64,000 bases of DNA. Origin: Opitutales bacterium. Lineage in GTDB: Bacteria; Verrucomicrobiota; Verrucomicrobiia; Opitutales; PNEW01. Under the pieces are notes generated by a model that saw only the letters and a program-made list of their open reading frames with translations, did not search any database and was not told the origin of the DNA. Within the stretch, counting starts at the first letter, position 1; each line of letters opens with the position of its first letter. The position numbers were made by a program, and so were the translations under genes. The stretch lies in NCBI GenBank assembly GCA_965197745.1, contig CBDANS010000006.1:128001-192000 (forward strand). The letters are read 5' to 3'. This document shows, piece by piece, positions 53,450-64,000 of this stretch.

Positions 53450-54602
53450 TAAAGGCCTGTGTGGTCTTTGAGTATTATAATCAAGCCGCCAGGCTTCAAG
53501 TTTTTCTTTCGCTTGCACCAGCGTACAAAATAGCTCGGTGTTAAGAAGTTCATCGCGTAAGCGTCCATTGAAGCTCTCAATATAACCATTCTCTACGGGT
53601 TTGCCTGGGCGGATAAAATCCAGCTCGATGCCGTGACCATAAGCCCACTCATCCAGTACTTTGCCGGCAAACTCGGGACCATTATCGACGGTAATGGTTT
53701 GGGGAAGACCGATTCCTGCAGCGGCTTTCATAAGTGCGGCAGCGACTTTGCACCCACCGATGGACGTATCGACCAGAAGCAGTGGGCAAGCTCGGGTGTA
53801 TTGATCGACAACGGTGAGAATGCGGAAGGGGCGGCCGTTGACCAGCCGATCGCTCATAAAGTCCATCGACCAGCGCTCCTGGGCTGCTGAAGCCGCGGGC
53901 AGTGAGACCCGCCTTTGCGCGGCACGCTTCTTTCGTTTCTTCGTGCGCACTTCCAGCCCTTCGGCCTTGTAGATACGATAAACGCGTTTCTTTCCTACCG
54001 TCCAGCCTTCCCGCTTTAATAACACCGTTATTCGCCGATACCCGTAGCGCACGCGCGCGGCGGCGAGGTCACCGATGCGCATGATCAGCGCACGTTCGTC
54101 CTTCTTCACCGGCTGGTAGTTATAACTCGACCAATACAACTGCATCAACCTGCACGCCCGGCGTTTGCTAACCTCATAGGCTTCCACTAACCACTCACCT
54201 TCTTGCGCACAGGCTTTACAACTTTTTTGAGATAACTTCCTGCAGCATATGCTTGTCCAGGCTCAGATCAGCTACCAGCTTCTTCAAACTAGTGTTCTCT
54301 TCGTCGCGTTGCTTCAGCCGTCTTAATTCACTGATTCCCATGCCCGCGTATTTACTCTTCCAACGGTGGTAGGTCTGTTCGCTTACCCCTAACTCTCCAC
54401 ACACTTCGGCGATCCTTCGTCCGCCTTCAACCTGCCTTAGGGCATAGATGATTTGTTCTTTATTATAGCGTTTGTCAGGCCTTCTCGGCTGTGCCTCGTG
54501 AACCTTTGCTTTTCATGGGTCGTTCTTTCTCCTATTTTTTATTAGCTTTTTCACCCATGCCAGACTAAATCTTCGCTGGTCCAGTTTTACGGGGTCCGAT
54601 CA
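53450..54602 (-). mobile_element. IS3-family element C (orfA disrupted, distal end missing)
   Basis: End TGATCGGACCCCG at 54602. orfA starts at 54516 with a 34-nt insertion. orfB has WSMDF, DNGPEF and [15 protein letters not shown]. Confidence 0.9.
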
Positions 54603-54921
54603 CTTTTGATGGGCAAGCCTATCCTGGTTTTGTGTATGCCTTAATCCCTACAAAGGCTTTGTTTAGTTTTTGAATATCATTTCATTTACAGAACATTACT
54701 CAATGTATTGACTAGGGCATTATGAAAGACATAGCACGCCTTGAAGATAAATACAAAATAGCAGAATATAAAACAGTTGCTAGTTCATCTTCCCAAGGGC
54801 TCGACTAGGAAGTAAATGAGCTTATACAAAATGGATGGGAAGTATGGGGCAAACCTTACTGTATAATAAGAGCTCAGACAGTAGCCCAACAGGTAATGGT
54901 CAAGTTGATAGAAAGAGTTGA

Positions 54922-55185
54922 TTAACGATGGGCAATCATCCTTTTTACGCCTGAAATCTCAAAGAGTAGTTTAAAAGGAGCTTTTATTTCTTCCTTAATT
55001 GTATTAAAATTTCTAGTGAATACCTTTTCGATTTCCTTTTTACCCCGATATGTTCCATCAGAAAAAATAAAATATGCATCTTCATGAATGAGGTCTTCGA
55101 CTGACTTCCAGCTTTGAAGAGCTAATCGTTTTTCGTATTCTTTCAGCAATTCAATGTGTTTCTGGATCGCGGGCATAAGCTTCAT
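54922..55185 (-). pseudogene. truncated NTF2/DUF4440-like protein
   Basis: LIHEDAYFIFSDGTYRGK...FTRNF, followed by an unrelated tail. Confidence 0.55.
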
Positions 55186-55340
55186 CTAAATCTAAACTTG
55201 TTCTACAGTGTCTGATCTAGGATTTTCTATTAGTTCAAAATAATTAACCAAAAACTCAAAGTCATCTTCTGGATCATTAAAGTATTCCCATGTCTAATTA
55301 TATGAAGCTCCATATGGGCATGATTCTTTTTTACTTTTCA

Positions 55341-55793
55341 CTAGAAGGAATTACCTGTAGTGCTTGGGTCACTATACCGCGGTGATCTGCCCTCTTCTGC
55401 ATCATGCACATCAAAGGCAGTCTGAATATAATCACAACCTTCTTTTCCTAGTCTTTTCTTTTCATCCACTACCCAATCAGATATGTCGTCCCGAAGACCT
55501 CGCTTTTCCATAAAGTGATTGAAAATCATAATCTCTTCATCATTTGGTTTCCTAGCTGCTTTAAAACACCAATCGAGGATTTCTTCATCAGACTTTTCAC
55601 TTCTTACTTTCTTTATTAAATCTTCATATTCTATTCCTAAAAAACGAACAATTCGTTCATCAAGGCCGTGACCAAGATTGTAATCTGGAGGTAGACTCCC
55701 TTCTTCGTTTAAACGTATTTTATCTAATGTTCTCCCAAAAAACACCAATCCACCAATTTTTTCGTAACCTGATCTCGGGATCTTATTTTTCAT
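55341..55793 (-). CDS. DUF5069-like protein
   Basis: PRS.YEKIGGLVFFGRTLDKIR...LPPDY...D.EEGR. Confidence 0.75.
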   Translation of the reverse strand: MKNKIPRSGYEKIGGLVFFGRTLDKIRLNEEGSLPPDYNLGHGLDERIVRFLGIEYEDLIKKVRSEKSDEEILDWCFKAARKPNDEEIMIFNHFMEKRGLRDDISDWVVDEKKRLGKEGCDYIQTAFDVHDAEEGRSPRYSDPSTTGNSF

Positions 55794-55964
55794 TTCGCTT
55801 CTAACCCCAACATATTGCTTACCGCTTCACTTGCACAACACATTTGTATAACTGCACCAGATAGTAGTAGAGCGATAATATTTCTTAGGATAAATCTAAG
55901 CACATAAGAATTGCTGACTCTGGGCACAGTTCTTTAAACTCTTGTGTAAAGTTCAATTCGTGAG

Positions 55965-56438
55965 ATTGAATCAATTACAGGTCTGCCGTTCGATCATGGC
56001 AACGTCGCCGAGTTTCTTGGTAACCAGATTTTCAACATAGAACTAGCACCACCAAAGCAAAAGGGGTTTGATGGTTGGTTCAAATCCGGTATGTTCAAAG
56101 CCAAACCGCTCAAGGGTAAAACGGTCAATGTGAAGTGGTATATGAGGGTGGATAAATATCACCTCGACATGACCAAAGCTAAGCCCCAGCCAGATTATTA
56201 TCTTGTTTTCAAGGGGCCTAAAAAAGAATTGCTGGGATGGTATATCAATTATGTTTTTATATTCCATACCGAGACCTTAAGGGGACTGCTCAAATCTAGA
56301 GGCAGAAAAGTTGGAACATCCAGTAGCGTCAAAAAGGGGGATTGGGGGGAAGCTCAAATTTACCCCTCTTTACCTAATTCCCCAATGAAACTAAACCAAA
56401 ATCAGGAATCCAAGCTTAGGATTTTTAAACATGAGTAA
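55965..56438 (+). pseudogene. conserved-looking hypothetical protein, 5' part broken by stops
   Basis: The frame is open well upstream of the ATG at 56091 (GNVAEFL..QIFNIEL...KGFDG...GKTVNVKWY). Confidence 0.45.
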
Positions 56439-57118
56439 ATAGAACTTTTTTAAAATCAAAATAAAGACAAATAAAAATGACAAAAGAACCAGAATTGCCA
56501 GACAATGAGATTGGCCGGTCACAGCGTTATATAGACGGACCGGCCAACATGGCAGACATAACTTTGATCCCAGAAGGCGAACTTAAGAAAAAAGAGAGAG
56601 AAAAACGAGCGGCCAAAGAATTAGAGACTGATTAAGGAGATTTAAAAATATTGTTAAAAACAACTCCCAGAAAATAGAACTTCTCAAATTATCAGGCATA
56701 TAGAACATCTAACAGAAAATCGAAGTTTTTAAAATCGAGAAGCCCGCAAGATCATCGACGTTTAACGGTCGAGGTCCGGCCTATACCTATTCTATAGGAT
56801 GAAATACCATAGGCAGTTGCAAAGCCAGGCAACCCCATTGAAACTAAAATTTGATTAGACTCTTAAGTGAATAGGAAGTATTTTAAGAAATAGAACTTCT
56901 TGAGTAAAAAAGGTAATTAGGGAAGTCGTTACAGAAAGGGCATAAGGTAAAATGCCAAACAACAATAGCCCTCAAAAGAGAGTAATAACCCCACTATCTC
57001 ATTACTACGTATTTAAAGATTTATAAAAAAAGGAACTTTTAGAACGAAAGAGGCCGCTAAGTAATAAAGTTAATAACGATCTACTGCCCTGATGCAGTTT
57101 GAACTTGTTGAGATGGAT

Positions 57119-58467
57119 TGATCGGACCCCGTTATTCGTACCAGTTTAAGTGAGAGAGTTACCGGGTAATAATGGTTTTAGGATTGATGTATAGGATAGA
57201 TCCTGGTGAAGTGAGGGCGTAGCCCGAACGCGGCCAGGATCTGAAAGGAATGTGACAAACTCTTGTGGGCTTTTAAAGCCTAATCGACTGTGGGGATGTT
57301 CATTGTTATAGGTCTGACGCCATTGTTCTATTACAACTTGTGCTTCAGCCACGCTGAGCAACACTTCACGGTTCAAACACTCATCGCGTAAGCGGTTGTG
57401 AAACGACTCGATGAAACCGTTTTGCCAGGGACTGCCCGGATCGATATATATCGCCTTGATCTTTTTGTCGGACAACCACTGCTGCACCTGATGAGCAATG
57501 AATGGCTTCGCATGTCGTCGCTTCGCTCCTCGGAACACTGCCGTTGTCACTGCGGATATAGCTAGGAACTCCCTCTTCATCGATGGTTTCGCTGAGTACC
57601 GAGAGAACATCGGTTGAGGTGAGCTGTCGAGCTACCCGGATGCGTAAACATTTACGCGTATATGTCTTCGCTTCGCTTGAGTGTCGTCGCTTTCAGCTCC
57701 TCGGTACATCGATCAAGGTCATCATCTTTAGCATACCGCCATTGTCTGTACGATCATGGACAAAGTCCCAGGACCAGACGTGATTGCGACCGGTTGCTTT
57801 AGTAGGGAGCCCAGTAGAGATCCCCTGACGGTGTCTACGCTTTTTCGGGGGCTTTACCTGTAAGCCCGAAGAACGTCGCACTGCCTGTACAAATTTCCTG
57901 CTTGCCGCCCAACCTTCTTTCACCAGCAAGGCACGAATGCGCCGGTAACCGTAACGGGGATGTTCCCAGGACAAGGTCAAAATCCGCTCGGCCAATTGCT
58001 GAGCCTTCTTACTGGCCTGCTTGGGTCGGTAGCTGTACGTTGACCAACTGAGGCTGAGATAAGCACAAGCCCTCTAAAACGAGCACAGCCCCTTCTCAGC
58101 CGCATCTTTTACTGCTCGCTTCTTCTGCTTTGGGCTCACCATTTTTTTGAGAGCGTTTCCTCCAACACCCGAAGCTTGAGCATTTGATCAGCGAGCATCT
58201 TCTTCAGCTCCGTATTCTCCTTTTCCAGCTCTTTAAATCGCTTCGCATCAGCCAGCTCCAAGTTGCCATACTTTTTGCCCCAGCGATAGAAGGTCTGTTC
58301 ACTTAGGTTGTTGCCGTGGCAGACTTCCTGCACGGTTTTGCCCGTATCGGGCTGCCGCAGTATTGCTATGATCTGTTCTGTTGTATATCTTTTTCTTTTC
58401 ATTGAGGTTATCTGTTTATCCCGATAACCTCTCTCTGTTAATGATACCATTTTTGGGGGTCACTCCA
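57119..58467 (-). mobile_element. IS3-family element A, copy 2
   Basis: Near-identical to 46863-48213, with the same lesions. Confidence 0.9.
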
Positions 58468-58958
58468 CGAAGACTATTGGAGAATTATCAAAAACCAAAA
58501 AGCTTCAGTTAGAATGGTGGAAATTTTTTTCTGATGAGTTATTAAAAAAGAAAGTAATACCTTCGGTCCGTAAACCACTACCTCAGTCATGGTACGATGT
58601 TCCTCTAGGAAGGAGTGGAATCCATATCTCAAATATTGCTAATACTTATGATCGTAAAATTAAAGTCCGAGTTTATCTGAGGACAAGCTCAAATGCTGAT
58701 GCTGCTCTTGTTCAGCTATTAGATCAACGAGAGGAGATCGAAGCAGAACTGGGGACTAAATTAATTTGGAATCCTTATCCAGAAAATCAAGATAAAACAA
58801 TTTGTGTTTATCATGATGCGGATATTTCTAAACGTGAAAAATGGCAGGAATACTGTGATTGGATGATTGATATGACTAAAAATTTTAGAGAGGTCTTCAT
58901 CCCGAGAGTGCGTGAACTTAATCTGAGTATTGAGCGTGAGGTTGAACCTGATAATTAA
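58468..58958 (+). pseudogene. DUF4268-like C-terminal fragment truncated by IS3
   Basis: LQLEWW...KPLPQSWYDVPLGRSGIHI...EIEAELG.KLIW...FIPRV. Confidence 0.7.
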
Positions 58959-59003
58959 AGCTTGTGACTACTCAAAATTATTTTCTAAGGAACCATTGGC
59001 ATT

Positions 59004-59215
59004 ACAATTTATATTAAAACCCACTTCTTTAATCAAGCGTCAAGCAGTCTTTCCGATCTTTAAACCTATCTTTTGTAATGTAGAAATAGCTGGCTCTTTT
59101 GCACCCCGTTCAAGGTCATCAATATTGTTCTTACTAAGGCTGACTAACTAGGCGAATTTCTTCTAAGACAGGTCTAATTCAATCCTGTGTTTACGGATTG
59201 CTTTGCCAAGACTAG
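59004..59215 (-). pseudogene. XRE-family HTH regulator remnant
   Basis: LGKAIRKHR..LDLS*KKFA*LV.LSKNNI.DLERG.KEP.ISTL with internal stops. Confidence 0.65.
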
Positions 59216-59329
59216 CGGCAACAGGAGATTTAGTTAGGAGTGGTTAAGTCGGCGGACAAATGTGGGCCACATACTCTTAAATAAGCTTTAAATTATCGAC
59301 CAACTATCCCGATAGTCTTTCCCTTTAAA

Positions 59330-59357
59330 TGATACGATTATTTTGGGGGTCACTCCA
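59330..59357 (-). mobile_element. isolated IS3-A terminal repeat
   Basis: TGATACGATTATTTTGGGGGTCACTCCA matches the element ends at 48213 and 58467. Confidence 0.7.
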
Positions 59358-59874
59358 ATATATTATTTAAATCAGTAGCACCTATTTCCATAGATCTGTT
59401 TAATAATGCATTCCAAGCCTCTTCTCTAAATTGATCAGGGTTCTTGGAATATAATCTTTTTACTATTATGTAGGGATTACGAACTAACACAAAACTACGA
59501 GGACCAGATGGACCAGATTTCACGTCGATAAATCCAAGTCCTTTCAAAATATCGATTCTTTGCGACCACGTTTGGAGAGCACGTTGACCAGAAAACCCGG
59601 ATGAAAACGCCATCTCCTGCTGTTTCCCAGATAGGTTTAAAAATGAGGTATCATACATTCTGCACCAAAGATCTAAATAGGTAGATGATACTGGCTTCCC
59701 GTTAGAAAAATTATCCATTATGCGCATAAAGTAGGGTAGAGTACGCGGAATAGTGGTAAATCCTTTTTTCTTTTTTCGGTTCCATAAATCGTCTTCCTTT
59801 AGATCAGGCCATAGCTGATCTCGAAGGAGCAATTGCTTTTCTTCAATTTTCTTTTTTATAATAGTACTATTCAT
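59350..59874 (-). CDS. hypothetical island protein (possible winged helix)
   Basis: 174-aa ORF with GFTTIPRTLP and AFSSGFSGQRA..TW. Its stop codon is supplied by the IS end. Confidence 0.65.
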   Translation of the reverse strand: MNSTIIKKKIEEKQLLLRDQLWPDLKEDDLWNRKKKKGFTTIPRTLPYFMRIMDNFSNGKPVSSTYLDLWCRMYDTSFLNLSGKQQEMAFSSGFSGQRALQTWSQRIDILKGLGFIDVKSGPSGPRSFVLVRNPYIIVKRLYSKNPDQFREEAWNALLNRSMEIGATDLNNILE

Positions 59875-60113
59875 TATTGTAATTTATTGTTTATGGATTA
59901 AATCTAAAACGAAGCAGGGTTTGGACCCCTGCTCCTTAACATTGACTTATTATTGGATGATTAGTAATGAGAAGTTTGGACCTTCGTGATCCAATAATTA
60001 TTGGATGTTTGAGTAAACATAGCACGTAATTGTTTGAGTGTCAATGATTTATATAATATAAATGAATGTATGAGGATGCATAAAGTGTGCATTGTTATTT
60101 ATAATATTGCAAT

Positions 60114-61431
60114 TGGTCGTGACCACGAAAACTGGTACACTTGAAAAGTTAGTCTGGGTAACCTAGAAAGGACTCAGACAATGAAAGGCAAAAGATACAC
60201 AACTGAAGAGAAAATACGGATGCTGCGGCAGGCGGACAAAGGGAAAACGATCCTGGAAGCATGCCGCGAGAACAACATTAGCGAACAGACTTTCCACCGC
60301 TGGAAGCGTGAGTTTGGGATGATTGATGTCGACCAGGCCAAGCGGATGAAGGAACTCTTTGAAGGAGAACGCGCGGTTAAAACGGATGCTGGCGGACAAG
60401 ATGCTGGGGATAGAGATCCTGCAGGAGACCCTCGAAAAAAAACTGTAAGCCCTGGGCACAAGCGGCAAGTGGCAGAGAGACTTGTGGCTCGGGGCCAGTG
60501 TTCGATGCGAGCGGGGTGCCGGTACTTTCGGCTGCACCGTTCCACCTATGCGTATAAGGCGAAGCATCCGGATGCTTGGTTAATGAAACTGAAGGCGGCA
60601 GTAAGGCGGTTATCACGGCAATATGCCAGGTGGGGCTATCCGAAGATCACGAAGCTGTTGAAAGACGAAGGCTGGGAGGTGGGTAAACGTCTCGTGCAAG
60701 GTCTACGACGCGAACTGGGCTTGGCGATCCCCCAACGCAAGCCAAGACGTCGGGGCAGGGGTGTTTCCACCGGGCTGCCGACCAAGGCCGAACATCCCGG
60801 CCATGTTTGGACCTGGGATTTTATCCACGATAAGACGGTCCGCGGTGGCAGTTTAAAAATGTTGACCGTGCTCGATGAGTACACCCGCGAGTGTCGAGTG
60901 ATCCATGTTGATCGCCATATCAATGCGGAAACGGTGCGCGGTATCATGCAAAAACTGCTTGCCCGTCATGGGCCGCCACAATATATTCGCAGTGACAACG
61001 GTTCCGTTCCGAGGAGCGAAGCGACGACATGCGAAGCCATTCATTGAAAAGGAATTGAGAGCCTGGCTAACTGCGATGAAAATCAAAACCCTCTATATCG
61101 AACCAGGAAGCCCTTGGCAGAACGGATACATCGAATCGTTGCATGCCCGTTTTCGCGAGGAGTGTTTAAACCGTGAACAGCTATGGACTTTGACCGAAGC
61201 CCGCGTGGTGATCGAGGACTGGCGCTGGCTTTACAATAATGTCCGACCCCACCGCAGCCTCGGCAATATCACCCCACGGTGCTTCGCTGAAGACATTAAT
61301 ACCGAAGGCTTGGGCTCCATTCGGGCTACGCCCTCATTGCGCCCAAGCCTTGACTTCCTCTACCAACTTAACTTCAACATTAACCTCTCCAGACTAACTC
61401 TCTCGGTGGACCAGTTTACGTAACCCGATCA
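60114..61431 (+). mobile_element. IS3-family element B (orfA frameshifted, orfB carrying a micro-insertion)
   Basis: TG...CA ends, MKGKRYTTEEKI, WTWDF, LDEYTREC, SDNG and PGSPWQNGYIES. Confidence 0.9.
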
Positions 61432-61511
61432 TACACAACTCGCACATTATAAATTCAGAAAAGACAGCATATTTACTCTTACTCATTGATTGTGTCGACG
61501 ATTGCTTAAAT

Positions 61512-62740
61512 TATACTAGTTACGCTAAGATCTGAGAGAAGAAAGAGAAGGGGAACTCTGTGTGGGAAGTTAAACAACAATAGTCTCCTGAGGGGGGCTG
61601 ACCCAAACAGGAGTAACCCAAATGAGAATAAACGAAAGAATCATCAGAAATAAAGTAGGATTATTAAATCTGGCTGAAGATCTGTGAAATGTATCAAAAC
61701 CTGTCAGGTGGTGGGCTTCAGCCGTGATACCTTTTAGCGGTATAAAGCGGCCGTAGAGGAAGGGGGGATCGAGAATCTGCTGAATAAAAGTCGCAGTCAG
61801 CCGAACCTCAGAAATCGCGTCGACGAGAGTATTGAAAAGCGGGGTGATCACGCTAGCGCAGAAGAATCCTGTGATGGGGCAGCAGCGGGTGGCCAATGAG
61901 CTGAGAAAATAAGGGTTGATAATATCTCCGGGAAGGGTGCGTTGCGTGTGGATGAGGCATCAACTGCAAACCTTCCCGCTACGCTTAAAGTCCTTGGAGA
62001 AGAAAGTGACCGAAGAGGGCCTGGTATTGACCGAGAGCCAGTTGGCGGCCCTGGAGAAGAAGAAAGAGTGCGATCAGTTACACGGAGAGATTGAGATCCG
62101 CCCATCTAGGCCATCTGGGCGCCCAGGACACCTCCTATGTGGGCACACTCAAAGGGGTGAGACGCATCTATCAGCAAACCTTCATTGACACCTATGCGAA
62201 GGTAGCTTTCACGAAGTTGTATACGATGAAAACTCCGCTCACTGCCGTGGAACTGCTTAACGATCAGGTCTTGCCCCTCTTCGAGGAGCACGCGATGGGA
62301 CTGTTACATGTGCTTACCGATCGTGGAACCGAGTATTGCGGCCGCCAAGACAGCCACGCTTACGAACTGTAACTGGCGATCAATAATATTGATCACACTA
62401 AAACCAAAGCGAAGCATCCCCAGACCAACGACATCTGTGAGCGCTTCCACAAAACGGTGCTCCAGAAGTTTTATCAGGTAACCTTCCGTAAGAAGATCTT
62501 CCGCACTTTAGAGCAGTTACAGAATGATCTCCACCAGTGGCTGTATCACTATAGCCATGAACGCACTCACTAGGGTAAAATGTGCTGTAGGCCTACCTCC
62601 ATGCAGACCTTCCTTGTGGACAAGGTGCTTTGGAGGCAAAAAATTGATGAACTTAACCAGGAGAATTAACAACCAATAGCTAGCTGACACTTTATGCTTC
62701 CTCACAGCGTAACCTGTAAGATCAAGTCCGCGTTAGTACA
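61512..62740 (+). mobile_element. degenerate IS481-family element
   Basis: Ends T(A/G)TACTA...TAGTACA. KVGLLNLAE, QDT.YVGTLKGV.RIYQQTFIDTY and LTDRGTEYCG, with many stops. Confidence 0.85.
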
Positions 62741-62744
62741 CTTA

Positions 62745-63007
62745 TATCGTGAGCAGTTATGGACGTTGACCGAGGTTGACGTGGTTATCGAAGATTGGCG
62801 CTGGCTTTATAACACTGTCCGTCCACACCGCAGTCTCGGTAATATTACTCCGAGGTGCTTTGCCTAGAATGCCTGTAAACAAGGTTTGGGCTCCACTCGG
62901 GCTACTCCTCATTCCGCCCAAACCTTGACTTCCTCTACCAACTTAACTATCAACTTAAACCTCTCCAGACTAACTCTCCCAGTGGACCAGTTTGCGTAAC
63001 CTGACCA
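62745..63007 (+). mobile_element. 3' remnant of a second IS3-B copy
   Basis: Parallels about 61170-61431. Confidence 0.8.
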
Positions 63008-63068
63008 TACTCATTCTCAGGATCCGAAGCGAGCTCAGCGAGTGAAACAATCAAGGCAACGATATCGA

Positions 63069-64000
63069 TTAAGCGGTAATGAAAATTTTTTGCTCTGCGT
63101 CGTAATAAGTTAAAAGCATACCTATTGACTTAATAAAAGTAATCTCCGAAGGCTTTGGTTTCTTTCCAATGACTATTTCCAGTTGTGCCTTCTTATTGTT
63201 GGTATGTCGATATTCTAGCAGTTGCCCAATGGCTGCTCGAATGGCGTAACGAGTTTCTACATTGTCCGTCGGCTTTATCTCGGCAAAGATTGTTTTGCCA
63301 TTCAATTTGTATTGGACATCAACGAAGTTGCAGTTTTCGTGTGGTTCGATGCCTTTATTTTTTAGGTAATCAATGAACTGGGCCTGTAACCGAGAATGTA
63401 GCGGCTCTGCAATTCATTTACCTTCAACCCAGTATTGATAGCGTTTGTCAGTCGGCGCATTGCTGTTTTGCAACCACTGACGTCGTTTCACATTGCCGGA
63501 CTTGTCGCTCTGGCTATTTAACCCCTCTGGTTGCTCAAAGTCACCAAACGATAGCCAGTCGCGGATCGCGGTATTTGACTTGGGCAGATCAGCATCAATT
63601 ATGTCTAATAGAATTTCTGGTGAGATGTGCGTGAATCTGCCGTGATACATGGCCAGCTTTTTCTCATTAGTGATCCGTTCAGGGTTAAGTGGAACAGGTT
63701 TTGGAAACCAATAATAGTGATCGGGGGGACATTTCCAGGGAATTGAATCATAATGTTTACTCCAGTGGTCGAGGAATTCTTGTTTATTGTTAAAAGCACT
63801 CTGAACCGTACCGAGTTTCCATACCTGATTGGATTCATTCTCCACGCCCACTGTGTTGGCAATTGATTTCTTTACAACGATGTCCTCATTGGCAGAGACG
63901 TTAGTTGCTACACCCAAGGCGAAAGCTGTGCTTCCGTGAGACGCAATCATGACCATCCCAAGACACCCGTTACGTGCGGCGTTAATGAGTTTATCGGGAC
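63069..64000 (-). pseudogene. PD-(D/E)xK restriction-endonuclease-like protein with an in-frame TGA at 63414-63416; 5' end is outside the window
   Basis: After the TGA the frame continues IAEPLHSRLQ...FVDV...FAEIK...IRAAIGQLLEY. Confidence 0.65.

Noticed and set aside
56436..57045. Recurring TAGAACTT motif about every 150-230 bp as an array
   Set aside because: An 8-nt AT-rich motif with uneven spacing. It could be chance or eroded cassette ends and is not supportable.
60181..61047. Naturally fused IS3 OrfAB
   Set aside because: The fusion arises from an extra T near 60358 that scrambles the OrfA leucine zipper, so it is a lesion rather than a functional fusion.

Overview
An accessory, mosaic region from a bacterium that is probably an Opitutia/Verrucomicrobiota. 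This assignment is an inference from the paired TonB_C protein, the Kelch-SSS fusion, the secretin style and the REP families. Positions 1-44 kb hold unrelated single genes: detoxification and resistance-type enzymes, a sulfatase, a sialidase, PhyH dioxygenases and ankyrin proteins. They are separated by several families of short palindromic repeats, a RAYT transposase and an IS4. Positions 44.65-64 kb look like a decayed island that starts at a truncated secretin gene beside a serine recombinase and is full of IS3/IS481 remnants. Many genes carry single nonsense or frameshift lesions. The top candidate for a new system is a ~110-120 nt pseudoknotted RNA with clear covariation, found three times (about 11490, 20972 and 25215). 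Each copy lies behind a TTGACA promoter and directly ahead of a gene with the same N-terminal LKKQAK...DAQ...ARE(Y/H)GF..W domain, fused to VOC or ankyrin modules. Also notable are a leader-peptide, double-terminator attenuator upstream of a RIO1 kinase/phosphotransferase pair, and tiny 30-43 nt elements inserted at conserved codons of different IS3 transposases. All alignments were done by eye and no database searches were run.
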